NCBI RefSeq assembly: GCF_037042905.1
Contig: NC_087245.1
Location: forward strand, 40,736,001-40,800,000
Length of the DNA: 64,000 bases
Origin: Lytechinus pictus
Taxonomy: Eukaryota
Direction of reading: 5' to 3'
A program made the translations under genes and the position numbers. The notes under the pieces were generated by a model, which saw only the letters and a list, made by a program, of their open reading frames with translations, was not told the origin of the DNA and made no database searches. How positions within the stretch are numbered: position 1 is the stretch's first letter; the number at the start of each line of letters is the position of its first letter. This document shows positions 53,161 to 64,000 of this stretch, one piece after another.

Positions 53161-54061
53161 TGACCAAGGGGGTGTTGCAAGAAAATATTTGCAATCAATT
53201 GCAAATTTCTGTAGCTAATTTGATATATCAATTGTAACCAGAGCAAAATCAATTTTACCTCTTGTTGCAAGAAGCAGACAGATCAGCAAACAAGTGCGAA
53301 TTTGCGATTAATTGCCAGACTTATGATTGATTTGGGGGACATTTTTGACATGAAATTGAAACGCCACAAAAGAAATACAAGCATTCATTTTACAAAACAA
53401 TAGTATCATGAACAAACGAAGATACATGGTGGTCAGGAGCGATAAAAGCATAATACTCGGAAGCTCATCACCTAGCATGCACTGCATACAAATATATATG
53501 TAAAAGAAAAAAAAAACATGCTCGTGAAAATAGATGCAAAAAATATCATGATTGTAATTGATACGAATTAAAGCTTCCATTCAATTTATGCTTGAAACAT
53601 ACATTAATTAGCATGATAACAGAGAATGACCAAATATATTTTTCATCTACATAATCAATATTCTGATATTGATTGAAAATTTTCGACTATGAACATAAGA
53701 ATTGGACGTGACGACGAAGGTCGCGGAATTGTGTGGAAAGGCAATGATATCAATTGACATGAAAATAATAATAATAGTAATAGGGGACAGAGGCTAATAA
53801 ACAAGGGGTGTTCGTTGTCTTTTAACTTGATGAAATGAGAATGGCAGAACGTCATCAATTACAAAATATATTCAATTTCTAGATAGAACAAATTTAAAAG
53901 AATTTCCGTCGGTAACGGCGGGTAAGAAAATAGAACTTAGAGAATCCAAACATGAAAGTGTTAGAAGTTAAACCATTTACAGAGTTATAAAACAGAATAA
54001 TGCCGATGGGGATAAAATAAGCAAGAGAGAGAAGACATGCAACAGTTGACTGGTAGTGCAG

Positions 54062-54092
<31 letters not shown>

Positions 54093-57000
54093 GGGGGGGG
54101 GTAGTTGACAAGCTTGAGCAGGTACATCTAACTTTCCGACGTACCTAGAAATTGTGGGCGTGGCTGGATAGCCGATCATGCGAACATAATAATGAAGTAA
54201 AGTAGGCGGTCGCTTACTTTTTAATTAATATTCATGCGGAGGCGGGGTGTTGAAAGTTGACGAGAAATCGATAACTTACCGAGTCCCGTAAGCCCCGCCC
54301 ATTGATAGGGTCGTTTGAAAGAAATATACATCCAACATGTCAATGTATTGGTGATCATCGGATGTTTGCAAACTTAATGTTTTATGTTTCTTATGACCAT
54401 TATCATTAAGTGGTCTCTGTCATGTAAATTACAAGTAACTATAGGCATACCAGAGCATGGATCTAGTAGGTCAATGATCAAAGGTTTCTTATCTAAGACT
54501 ACCATGAAGAGTGTAGTATTCTGTGAAATTGTGTCCGAATGATATAAAATATAATTAATAAAAAAATGACTGTTTTTAGAGATTAATAAGTCATCTCAAA
54601 TGTAAATAGTCCGTTTTCGTACAGATTTGATGTTGTATTTATTGTTGCATTATTAATGAGATGGTTATTTTTTAAAATCTTCAACTATACATTTCTATGC
54701 AGCTTTTATCATGAATCTGGATCCACTTATGCCATTTTCTCGTATGGTTTTCTTTTTCAACATGAAACTCTCTAATCTTTATCGAATATTATATCAAATT
54801 TTCGGCTGTGTAAAACAGCTTGAATTCGTCATGACAATTATGTCAGTGGCGGAAACTCGTTTGAGTTTAGTATTTAATCAATTCAATAAATAAAGTTACT
54901 TTTTGAAGAAAAAAAAATCTTATGGCAATACTCGCTAACGTTTTCAAACGTGAAACAAACGTGTTATGTTATGGTATACTTTGTATTACCTGTAGACATG
55001 ACTTACATTTTTATCCTGCACCCCATGTGGTTTGGTATCCTTTCGTTAGGTTACCCCTAATCAATACCTGTAGTCTTTGAAATCCTTTAAGCTCTCGCCA
55101 CAGATCGATAAAGTCCAGCTACTCATCACGGCCAGTCAAGTCAAGTCGGGTTAATTTATCATATCCAACATGCCCCCCCCCCCATAAGATCTCTCAAAAT
55201 GATAGGATGTTTTAGAGTAGGTGTTTCGGCGATGGAATCAACTTGTAGAACGGGGACGTAGTCGTACAGGTAGCCGAGTCTGACGGGGCAGACATTGTCA
55301 GCGTTACCCCCCCCCCCCCCATTTAGGTTAAGTGCGACCTGACCTTAAACTTAAGGGAGCGATTCACTGAAAATTTTACATCCTTTTGTTCCGTTTTATG
55401 ATGAAAATTTAATTGGATTATCTGAAAACTAAATTGTAAACGTTTTTTAGCCCTATAATGAAACACACTATATACACATGCAGCATATATCACGCTTTTC
55501 AACTGCAACATATAAATTATTGAAAGAAAGACCACCTAAGCATAAAGCAACAATTTTAAGAATTTCTGCTCAGCTGTATAGGGGAAACGTCATTCTTTTT
55601 TTTTTGTTCTGGGTGGATTTTGAGAAATATCCAAAACAATTTAAGCTTACGTCAGGCCATGGAGTTACTCTCCCACATTTTTTTAGTTACTCCGTAGTCA
55701 AACCCAAGCGTCACTCAACACGGGTGTGATTTTAGAACAATGCTGAAATGTTTTCACGCTGAAAAAAAGGACACATCTTTAATCCCATCCAAATTCTACC
55801 GTTGGCCTTACCACTAGCCTAAAAATCATCAAAGAGATTTTTTTCAAACTTTCACCATTCTGTTTTATTTTTTATTTTTCTCCTTTCCAACACAACATTT
55901 GTGACCAAGGCTGGATTCTCCTTAAAAAAACCCATGAATCTTATAACAGTAGGCTTTTGTTTAAAGTCTTTACTATACCTATCATCCTATTATTTAAGAT
56001 TGGTGATATTGATAAATCCTATGTTCAACATAGTCTCGTAGAATTATGTTATCATATAGGTAGTATGCAAAACGATGCCTATTTCAGACGCAAACATTTT
56101 ATTTACAATATTAATCAAAGTACATTTCAAACCCCAATCTCGTCGAGTTGACATGCTGAAAGTGCTGTATAACGCGTATGGAGAGTATATCTGCCCTCAA
56201 TTCGAGTCAATATCACTCATTAAATCTCCCCACTCTCGAAAGTCTCTTCTATTCTTGCCCTTCCTTTCTTCTTCCTCATTCCCTTTTCAAGACGACATAC
56301 TTCAAAACAATACTTTGTTGTTCCAATAATCCTATGAGAGGGGGTGAATGAAGGGACCAGTGGAAGGGGTAAAAAAGGACAATACCGAGGGGTACAATGC
56401 ACACCCCTCAATGGTCATCCTCCGTAACTGGAGGGGTAAGAAGTGTGTTTTCCAGTTGTATGGCTTGCACCTCAAAGTAAAGCGGTGACGAAAAAAAAAT
56501 CATTTAAAGAATGGGTAACATAAGGACACGGATGAGAAGCAAACAAAATGCATTACTTATCGTAAAAAGATAATTAGTTTTACTTTCCCATGCAACAATG
56601 ACCAAAAAAAGAGAGTTAAACAAAGCAGCAAAAATTAAGAACTTCTATTTTTAATGGTTTGAGCGTCAACACTGCATGCAAGTGATAGTTTACAAGATAA
56701 TAGACTTAAAATTAAAGTTGGTGCTCTCTTGAATCTGAACACGTTATATTTGTGTTATAAATATCTGTATTATAGAACTATGTGATATACAAAATCAGTG
56801 GGACCCATTTCCCTTACAGCATATTAGTAATTGCAAGATGAAATCACAACATAAAATAATGTCATCAGTTACCATGGTAACGGTAGATAGATCCAAATCA
56901 TGCAATTATTTAGTCGGAAGTGTCGCCTGCGAGAACCATGCACCCTTAAATCACAGGAGTGGGGTAGAGGCAGAACCGCTAATTCTTGTTTGGGCTCTTT

Positions 57001-59019
57001 GCATATAATTATACATAGTTATTATTTCGATCAGATAAATGAAAAATGTTGTATGCATCACAGATACCAACGTGTACATGAGCTAAATAATGGCTGCTTT
57101 GTTTTATCTTGAAGGGAAACATAACGAGTAATGGAGCTTTCAGTGATATCAATCTTTCAACAGAAAAAAATGGAACGAGGAGAGGCGGAATGGGATTGAG
57201 AGGGGGGGGGGGGTTGAGAGGGAGGGGGAAAATAGTAAAGTCCGATTTCTACTGGATACAGCATTTCGATTCATGTTAATATAGGACCCATGGGTAACCA
57301 AATTTTTTTTATTACATATTTTTTATAAATATATTTAATTCTAAACTTTCTAAATGCTGGGTAGAGGTAAGTTGTCACAATTCGGTGCAACTCGACGAGC
57401 ATTGATATTTCTTTAATCGGGGCAATTAGGTGGGGTGAGGGGGAGGGATGGGGATCTATACCAGGTGGTATTTGAATGGGAACCAAACATTTTCGTTCGG
57501 GTCTCACCATAAATTATTATTTTTTTGTCTGGCAATCAGTCTCACTTGATTTTTTTTAATCTGTTAAAAGCAATAAATACTAATGAAAAAAAAAATGAAT
57601 TGGATGAATGAAAAAATAAATAAATAAACAAATAAACAAACAAACAAATAGATAAATAAATAAATAATACGAATAGACAAGTGAAACTACAACTTTATCC
57701 GCCACTGATACAAAAACTCAAGGTTCGTCAAAAAATCCGTCCAAGTTTGTGGAAGCCGATTCGTACCAGAAGTTAATCCCTATCGCTAATTCTAGATACG
57801 GCATTGCTCCAAAAGCTTGGATTATCTGGTGCTTTTACTAATCTTTTCAAATAAAACCCCAATCCTCCCAACATTACTTTTGATACATATAGTATTCATC
57901 TGGTAAGACTGACTAATTGAAAGGGTTGTAGGCCGATTTACTGGAGGTATTTTCGAAAATAAAAAACAAACCAGTTGTAATACGATTAAAGGGACAATAG
58001 TTGTGTTGTATTAAAAGGGATTTCTAACCAGGGATAACACACGTAAAATCCGTCCGCAATGCTTTTGTCAAAATGGGAAATGAAGCTTTAGCATAAGGAC
58101 GTACAGCCCCGTGTAAAGAAAATTAAAATGGTTTCACGAGTAGATTAAAGGGAACTTAATTAGGCCATCAGTGCTTTTACTGCCCCATTGTAAGTTTTTC
58201 GGTTGGATTATGAATGTGTTTGGAGTGAGAGAAGGGCTTAACGCGGCAGTAGGCAGTAGAAGCAGGTCTTGTCCATGTTTGTGTAATTGTAATTTTCTTG
58301 GACAAAAATATGAATATACTGTATAAGATAATCGTAGAAATGATGTAAACAACGAAATAAGTAATCAATTTTGATGATGATTACAAGTAACATCGAATAA
58401 AAAGAAATGAATGCCTTCACGACAAAACAAATCTCTTCCATATTTCATTTTATACCCAGAGGTTACAAACAGTCACGTTTCACGAGACATATATACAATA
58501 TGGATAAATATTGTAATAAACAATCAGAAATATTTGTATATTTTCTAATAATGTAAGGATGGATGAATCAAGAATTTGATACATAGGATCTATGCGTATA
58601 ATGCCATAGCTTCGCCAGTTAAAGGGTTTTTATAGTTTAAGCTATTTTTTATTAAACAACATAACACAACTACATGTAATAAAAATTTCTCGGTTTTTTA
58701 TTTTAATTAATTGTCTCCATTATCAATTTTAATAGAGAGAAAACAGGATACGAAGACAGAAAAGGAAAAGGGATGAAATATGATATCATTTTCTGTGTTT
58801 GGGTGGTCCTTTCAGGACCAACATTTGCCCAAGAAAGATGTTCCGTGCCATGGAAACCTTTATTTTCTGTGAATTATTTCAAAATCTATATAAAAAAAAT
58901 TGAATCGAATAAAAGGTTTTAAATTTTGCTCGCTTACTTCGCTCGCTCGCAGCTGTTCAGAAATGTTGCCCCCTACGCCACACCTGTCTCAACATTTTGG
59001 CTCATTACGCCACTGACGG

Positions 59020-59120
59020 AGAGAAAGAAAGAAAGAAAGAAAGATAGAAAGAAAGAAAGAAAAGAAGGAAGGAAGGAAGGAAGAAAGGAAGAAAGGAAGA
59101 AAGGAAGAAAGAAAGAAAGA
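59020..59120 (+). repeat. (GAAA/GGAA)n microsatellite
   Basis: Direct reading. Confidence 0.9.
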
Positions 59121-60060
59121 GATGGTAAGAGAGGCAGAGAGAGTGAGAGAGAAGCAGAACAAGGGGAGAGGGGCTGCTAATATTTTATATTACTCCCATG
59201 TTTGTTTTGCTCGTCTTTCCTCTCTTCTCCTTGGCCCATGCTGGGAATTACAAAGTGAATAAGGGGTAACACATGTTTCTGTTTGTAAGCTTGTTGCCCC
59301 CTTTCTCCTCTTCAGTTGACCCACCCCTTCAATCACACATTTTGAGTGTTTGCAGAGCCTTTTTATCAATTAGGGGGCTAAATTTAGCGGCCATTATGCG
59401 GTATCCAACCCCATACATTCATACGTCTCCAACTGAGAGAAGTCGATAGCGGGGTTCAATCTACCCTGTTAAGTACTAGTTCTTGAAAGGTGAAATTTGA
59501 AAAGAATGCGAAAGAAGGGTCGGAAATGGCGAAAAATTTGAATACATCTATGAAAGTGAGGATATGCAAGAGAAAATGAGAAGCAACAAAAACATAGGAA
59601 GCATAGAGCGAGATGTTTTGGGAAATAAAAATAAACAAAAACAAACAACAAGCACAGGTCAATCAGACAAGAAGGAATACATAATTTTAAAACTGATATA
59701 GAAACATGTTCATATGGAAAAGCATAAATTAGTATTATACCATAATAAAAAGCTTGGGATTCTAAGAAGGGAGGGGTGGGGATATCACATCGCCGACAGC
59801 TTGAACAAAGACACTGGAATATATTGGCATAGGCCTGGTCTTGTTATTTATTTCATTTATTTATTTCACATATTTAAAACAGGGTAGCCCAAATCAAATA
59901 AAACTCTAGTTTTCACTGGGACCCTTTGAAGTAAAAACTAAATTTACTAAGAATATACACAAAAACAATCGAGAATTGAGCAAGACTTCAAGTCTTTTGT
60001 TGCATTCCCATTCATTATAAAAATAATATACATGTAACAGACAAAACTTAACGGATTACA

Positions 60061-60353
60061 ATAATATAATATAATAATAATAATAATAATATAGGGTATT
60101 TATATTGCGCACATATCCACCTTATTAGGTGCTCAAGGCGCTCCTATATTACCCGGCTAAGCTAGGCGTTCATAGCGCACACAGCTTTTTAAGGAATTAC
60201 TTCCTACCGGGACCCATTTACCTCACCTGGGTTGAGTGCAGCACATTGTGGATCAGTTTCTTGCCGAAGTAAATTACGCCATGGCTGGGATTCGAACCCA
60301 CGACCCTCTGTTTCAAAGTCCGAAGACTAATCCACTGGGCCACAACGCTCCAC
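60061..60353 (-). mobile_element. Full-length tRNA-derived SINE
   Basis: Minus strand GTGGAGCGTTGTGGCCCAGTGG (A box), GGTTCGAATCC (B box), core ACTCAACCCAGGTGAGGTAAATGGG, (ATT)n tail. Confidence 0.88.
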
Positions 60354-61068
60354 ATATGATATGTTATTGCAAGACAGACTTAAGATTGTAAATTAAAGAA
60401 AAAACAGTATTATAATACCACAAAGGCAACACTGCAAAATGTTACAAAATAATATACAAAGTTATATAATATGAATCAAAGAAAATTGGAGAAACAAAGG
60501 GGTGGCAAATAGTTAGCAAACGAATGTGTACTTCAAATAGACTCATCGTAGCAATACAAAGTAGCACGTTAATCGAGTAATCGTAAGTAATTAAATTTTT
60601 AAAATATATGTGTAGTCCTACACATAATTATGCATGAAGCTAAATAATTGGACATTACCCTTACTAACATAATCCACTGTGCCACTCATAATTTATGAAA
60701 TTAAAGAAAGAAGCAAAACAAAATACAAAGTGGATATAGGCCTATTGTTGAAATTTATTGGCTGGTAGACAATCGCCAAGCCGACACCGAGAACATTGTC
60801 ATCTCAAGCCATTCCTAGCCTCGATGAAAATCAGAGTCGAAATACATGATATTGATATCACATACATAAAGAGAAAGATCACTTTATATTACAACAAACC
60901 AGCAAGGCTCTATAGATCACAACATTTCCTGTTCATATCTAAATCATAGTACTGATCTACACTATTGTCCCTCTACACGACGCGAAAATAACCCGCCGAC
61001 ACAATCAGCATATCCTTATGCAAATTTACTGTACCTGACGCTATGTTGGTGTATGTTCCCTGACTCAT

Positions 61069-61341
61069 GGGCACTGTCTTACAAATAGTTACGATTGATC
61101 CGATCAATCTCAAGTATATGGAAATCCGTCAATGTCATAATTTTTCTTTAGTAAATTTGCTCATTGTCCTTTGAAAACAAAGAGAAGCATACCGAATTGT
61201 CAAGAAAACAGTGAATGTATGAATATACATCATTTCTACAAAATATTTTATCAAAAACATGTAATTTTCGATGTTGACGGTGCTGGCTTTCCATAGTTGC
61301 GATTGATCGGATAAGTCGCAACTCTTTGTAAGACGGGACCC
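61069..61341. mobile_element. PIF/Harbinger-like MITE
   Basis: TIR GGGCACTGTCTTACAAATAGTTACGA / TCGCAACTCTTTGTAAGACGGGACCC; same family as 14233-14515. Confidence 0.7.
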
Positions 61342-61684
61342 TGATCTGCACAATAAAAATACAAATAAATTTATTCAAATAAACTTTATTTTTCTTCCAT
61401 CTCACAAATTTCTAAATTTTTGTAAACATAAATTCATACAAAAACTACTGTCACATGAATTACAACCATTCACATAATATATTTCACCTCTTATCTTCTC
61501 TTTTTCTTGCTCAAAAAGACATTCATTCGTTTTATCTATTGGACAATAACAGATGGAAAGACGAAATGGTATAACGCGTCATTAGACATGCATTTTTTTA
61601 TTCAATGTGTTTAAATGAAAGCAGAATATAAATAAGTATTTAGTCATTGCTCGGTGATGCATACATCAAAATTTGGCATACAAA

Positions 61685-61870
61685 TGATCCACAGTGTGCT
61701 GCACTCAACCCAGGTGAGGTAAATGGGTCCCGGTAGGAAGTAATTCCTTAAAAAGCTGTGTGCGCTATGAACGCCTAGCTTAGCCGGGTAATATAGGAGC
61801 GCCTTGAGCACCTAACAAGGTGGATATGTGCGCAATATAAATACCCTATATTATTATTATTATTATTATA
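61685..61870 (+). mobile_element. 5'-truncated copy of the SINE at 60061-60353
   Basis: Reverse complement of ~60070-60255 with two mismatches seen in the body; (TAT)n tail; ATACAA on both flanks (possible TSD). Confidence 0.88.
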
Positions 61871-62387
61871 CAAGACATGAGATTGAAATCAATAAATGTG
61901 ACCAGAAAAGGAGACTGAAAAGGAAAGAAAATGAAAAGAGAAGGATGAAATATATTTTCCGAAATAACCCGACACGTCCTAATTTCGCTGCGAGAGCGGG
62001 CAAATCCATAAAATAAATTCCAAGTTACTTAACTTTGACACTGACTCAACCAACAAAATGGTTACATACAATTTCGAACACTTACTCTTTTCTAGAGGGA
62101 CATAATGACTAAATATGTTGAGTTGATTACCAAAAAACATGACACAAACGGCAGACACGTTTAAGCGGCGTCTGACTCTACAACCTCCAAAGATGGTGTC
62201 TGACACGTCAACGCTAAACCTATAGTAGCACGAACTTAATTTGAATAACAAAACATATTATGGTATCGCAAATATAAATCTAGAAAGCCAACTGTTGCAA
62301 AAATGCTTCCAATTTTACTAAACAAAATATTTTTCTCTAAATTTGTTTCCAATAGCTATTATTCCACTGATATATTAGGTTCATTAG

Positions 62388-62650
62388 TTTTTGATAGGCG
62401 TGCGTCATCATTCAGAAAATACTGTTCCAACATGAATTACACTGGAGTCTCCGCCGGGATTCGAACCCGGGGTCTCTGGCTGAGGTAGCCAGTGCCCTAA
62501 CCACTGGGCCACAGAGACAAATTAACACACTGGGTTGTACCTTCATTGTCCTATGGTTAATCTTTGAAACTGCAAATACGAATGGAATTGTCTGCATCTT
62601 TTTTTGTAAAAAGCTGCAACGTTCATATAACAATTCATGGTTTATCAAAA
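62388..62650 (-). mobile_element. 263-bp insertion carrying the tRNA-like gene
   Basis: Flanked by CATTAG direct repeats (62382-62387, 62651-62656); ends TTTTTGATA / TATCAAAA. Confidence 0.5.
62443..62518 (-). tRNA. tRNA-like gene, 76 nt with encoded CCA; nominal anticodon CCT (Arg) but non-canonical loop
   Basis: GTCTCTG TG GCCC AGTGGTTA GGGC A CTGGC TACCTCA GCCAG AGACC CCGGG TTCGAAT CCCGG CGGAGAC T CCA. All four stems pair (one G-U); A and B boxes are present; TTTT lies ~23 nt downstream. Confidence 0.6.
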
Positions 62651-64000
62651 CATTAGGATCGCAGACTGTATAACAGCTGAATTGGCAAATGTTTTATAAA
62701 ACAGAGTAAAAAAATGCACACAACAGATCAACAAAATTATTAAGCAACATAACAAAAAAATCCAGAAACTACAAAAACAATGCAACAAAATGTTGTGAGC
62801 CGAATTGCTGTATAAACTCCATTAATGTTAATAGACTCATGTATGTGTATATAAATCGATAATTGCTCACACACTTTTATGTTCTTTTTCCAGCGCCCTG
62901 TGAATTATTGGCTGCAATTACTCAAGCATTTATTTTGCTTATATAGTTTGCCACTGCATTTGTTTTTCACTACTTTGTCTTATCCTTATTGTATTCATGT
63001 CTAAATTTTGTTATGACACTGTTATAAATCTGTCACATTGCAATGTACTTTAATGTCATACTACGATTATGTTTGTGAATTGTAAATTTATTTTGACTTT
63101 ACAATGAATGCAGAAACTCCTGCAAAAAAAATATCATGACTATGTAAATAAATTCGGCGTTTATTTCTCTAATATGGAAAAATACGTTTTGTATTCGAAT
63201 TCGATGCAGTGCTATAAACATTTAATACCGTACTTCTTCTTTCTATCTTCTGTCGTTAATTTAATTGACAATCAGTCATATTTGACGATTGTCGCCATTG
63301 CTTATCTGACCAATTAGTTTAGTTCTTTACATTTTTGGTTGTTCATTATTTATCTACGGAATCTTCAAAATACTGGATTGGGAAAATCAAACTGTCGAGA
63401 ACGGCACTACATGGATTAGGGTTAAGGCATGCACATATGATATCGGTAGCACACTCGATCAATACCAGATTAAACAAAATGAAGAGACATTATGTAATTC
63501 GTTGTTGTTGTTTCTGTCTATTATTATGTCAATCTACCTTTCTTTTGCATCGATCCTCTTTGACAAGCTGACACTGACAGGCCCAAAGAGGGCGCCATTG
63601 TCCGTATGTGTGTGGTGCAGGTGAAGTGCGTTTGCTTTTCGATCAAAACAGCCATTTCGAAGAAAAAAATGAAATATTTCGAAGAAAATAAAATGACAAA
63701 GAACCGTAATGTTATCCGGGTTGGATTCAGTAAAATTTCGAAATCTAAATAAAGTTGTTTGACAATTATTTTCTTGAGTACTTTTTTTTAATACTATTTT
63801 CTTGAAGAAGAAGAAGAAGAATTTGGATGGTGGAAGTGAAGGGGAAAATGAGAATACATTAGGGATGAAAAGAAGGAATATTAGGGGAGTTAAATAAAAA
63901 GAATATTGAAAGAATTAATGTAGAAAAAAACGAAAGTAAAGACATTGAGAGGAATTATTTGTCGAAGATAAAAATCATTGTCAAGATCTACAAGCACATG

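Noticed and set aside
4900..63130. Apparent minus-strand bias of retroelements suggesting the host transcription direction
   Set aside because: Several LINE-type tails are on the + strand too (~4935-5018, ~8720-8850, ~24780-24855, 61685-61870, ~62990-63120), so the bias is not convincing.
63580..63597. CTCF-like motif GGCCCAAAGAGGGCGCCA
   Set aside because: Three mismatches in the core half; a single weak match is not supportable.

Overview
AT-rich eukaryotic (animal) genomic DNA with no recognisable host protein-coding gene. The SINE/MITE repertoire resembles that of sea urchins, which is my inference and is unconfirmed. The only convincing protein ORF is a 536-aa BEL/Pao Gag inside a young, structurally complete LTR retrotransposon (103-4376; two ~1-kb near-identical LTRs, 5-bp TSD) that has no pol. 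The rest is intergenic or intronic. It contains many non-autonomous DNA transposons (Kolobok-, hAT-, PIF-, Sola-, CACTA-like), tRNA-derived SINEs, LINE 3' tails, long microsatellites (including a 2.1-kb GATA tract with higher-order duplication), and GC-richer islands with RFX, nuclear-receptor and Pbx/Hox-type motifs. Most notable observations: (i) the gag-only BEL element; (ii) a fully paired 76-nt tRNA cloverleaf with encoded CCA and a non-canonical anticodon loop, inside a 263-bp TSD-flanked insert (62388-62650); (iii) a head-to-tail Sola-like MITE dimer under a single TSD; (iv) a one-ended transposon fragment flanked by a ~250-bp duplication. All comparisons were made by eye; no searches were run.
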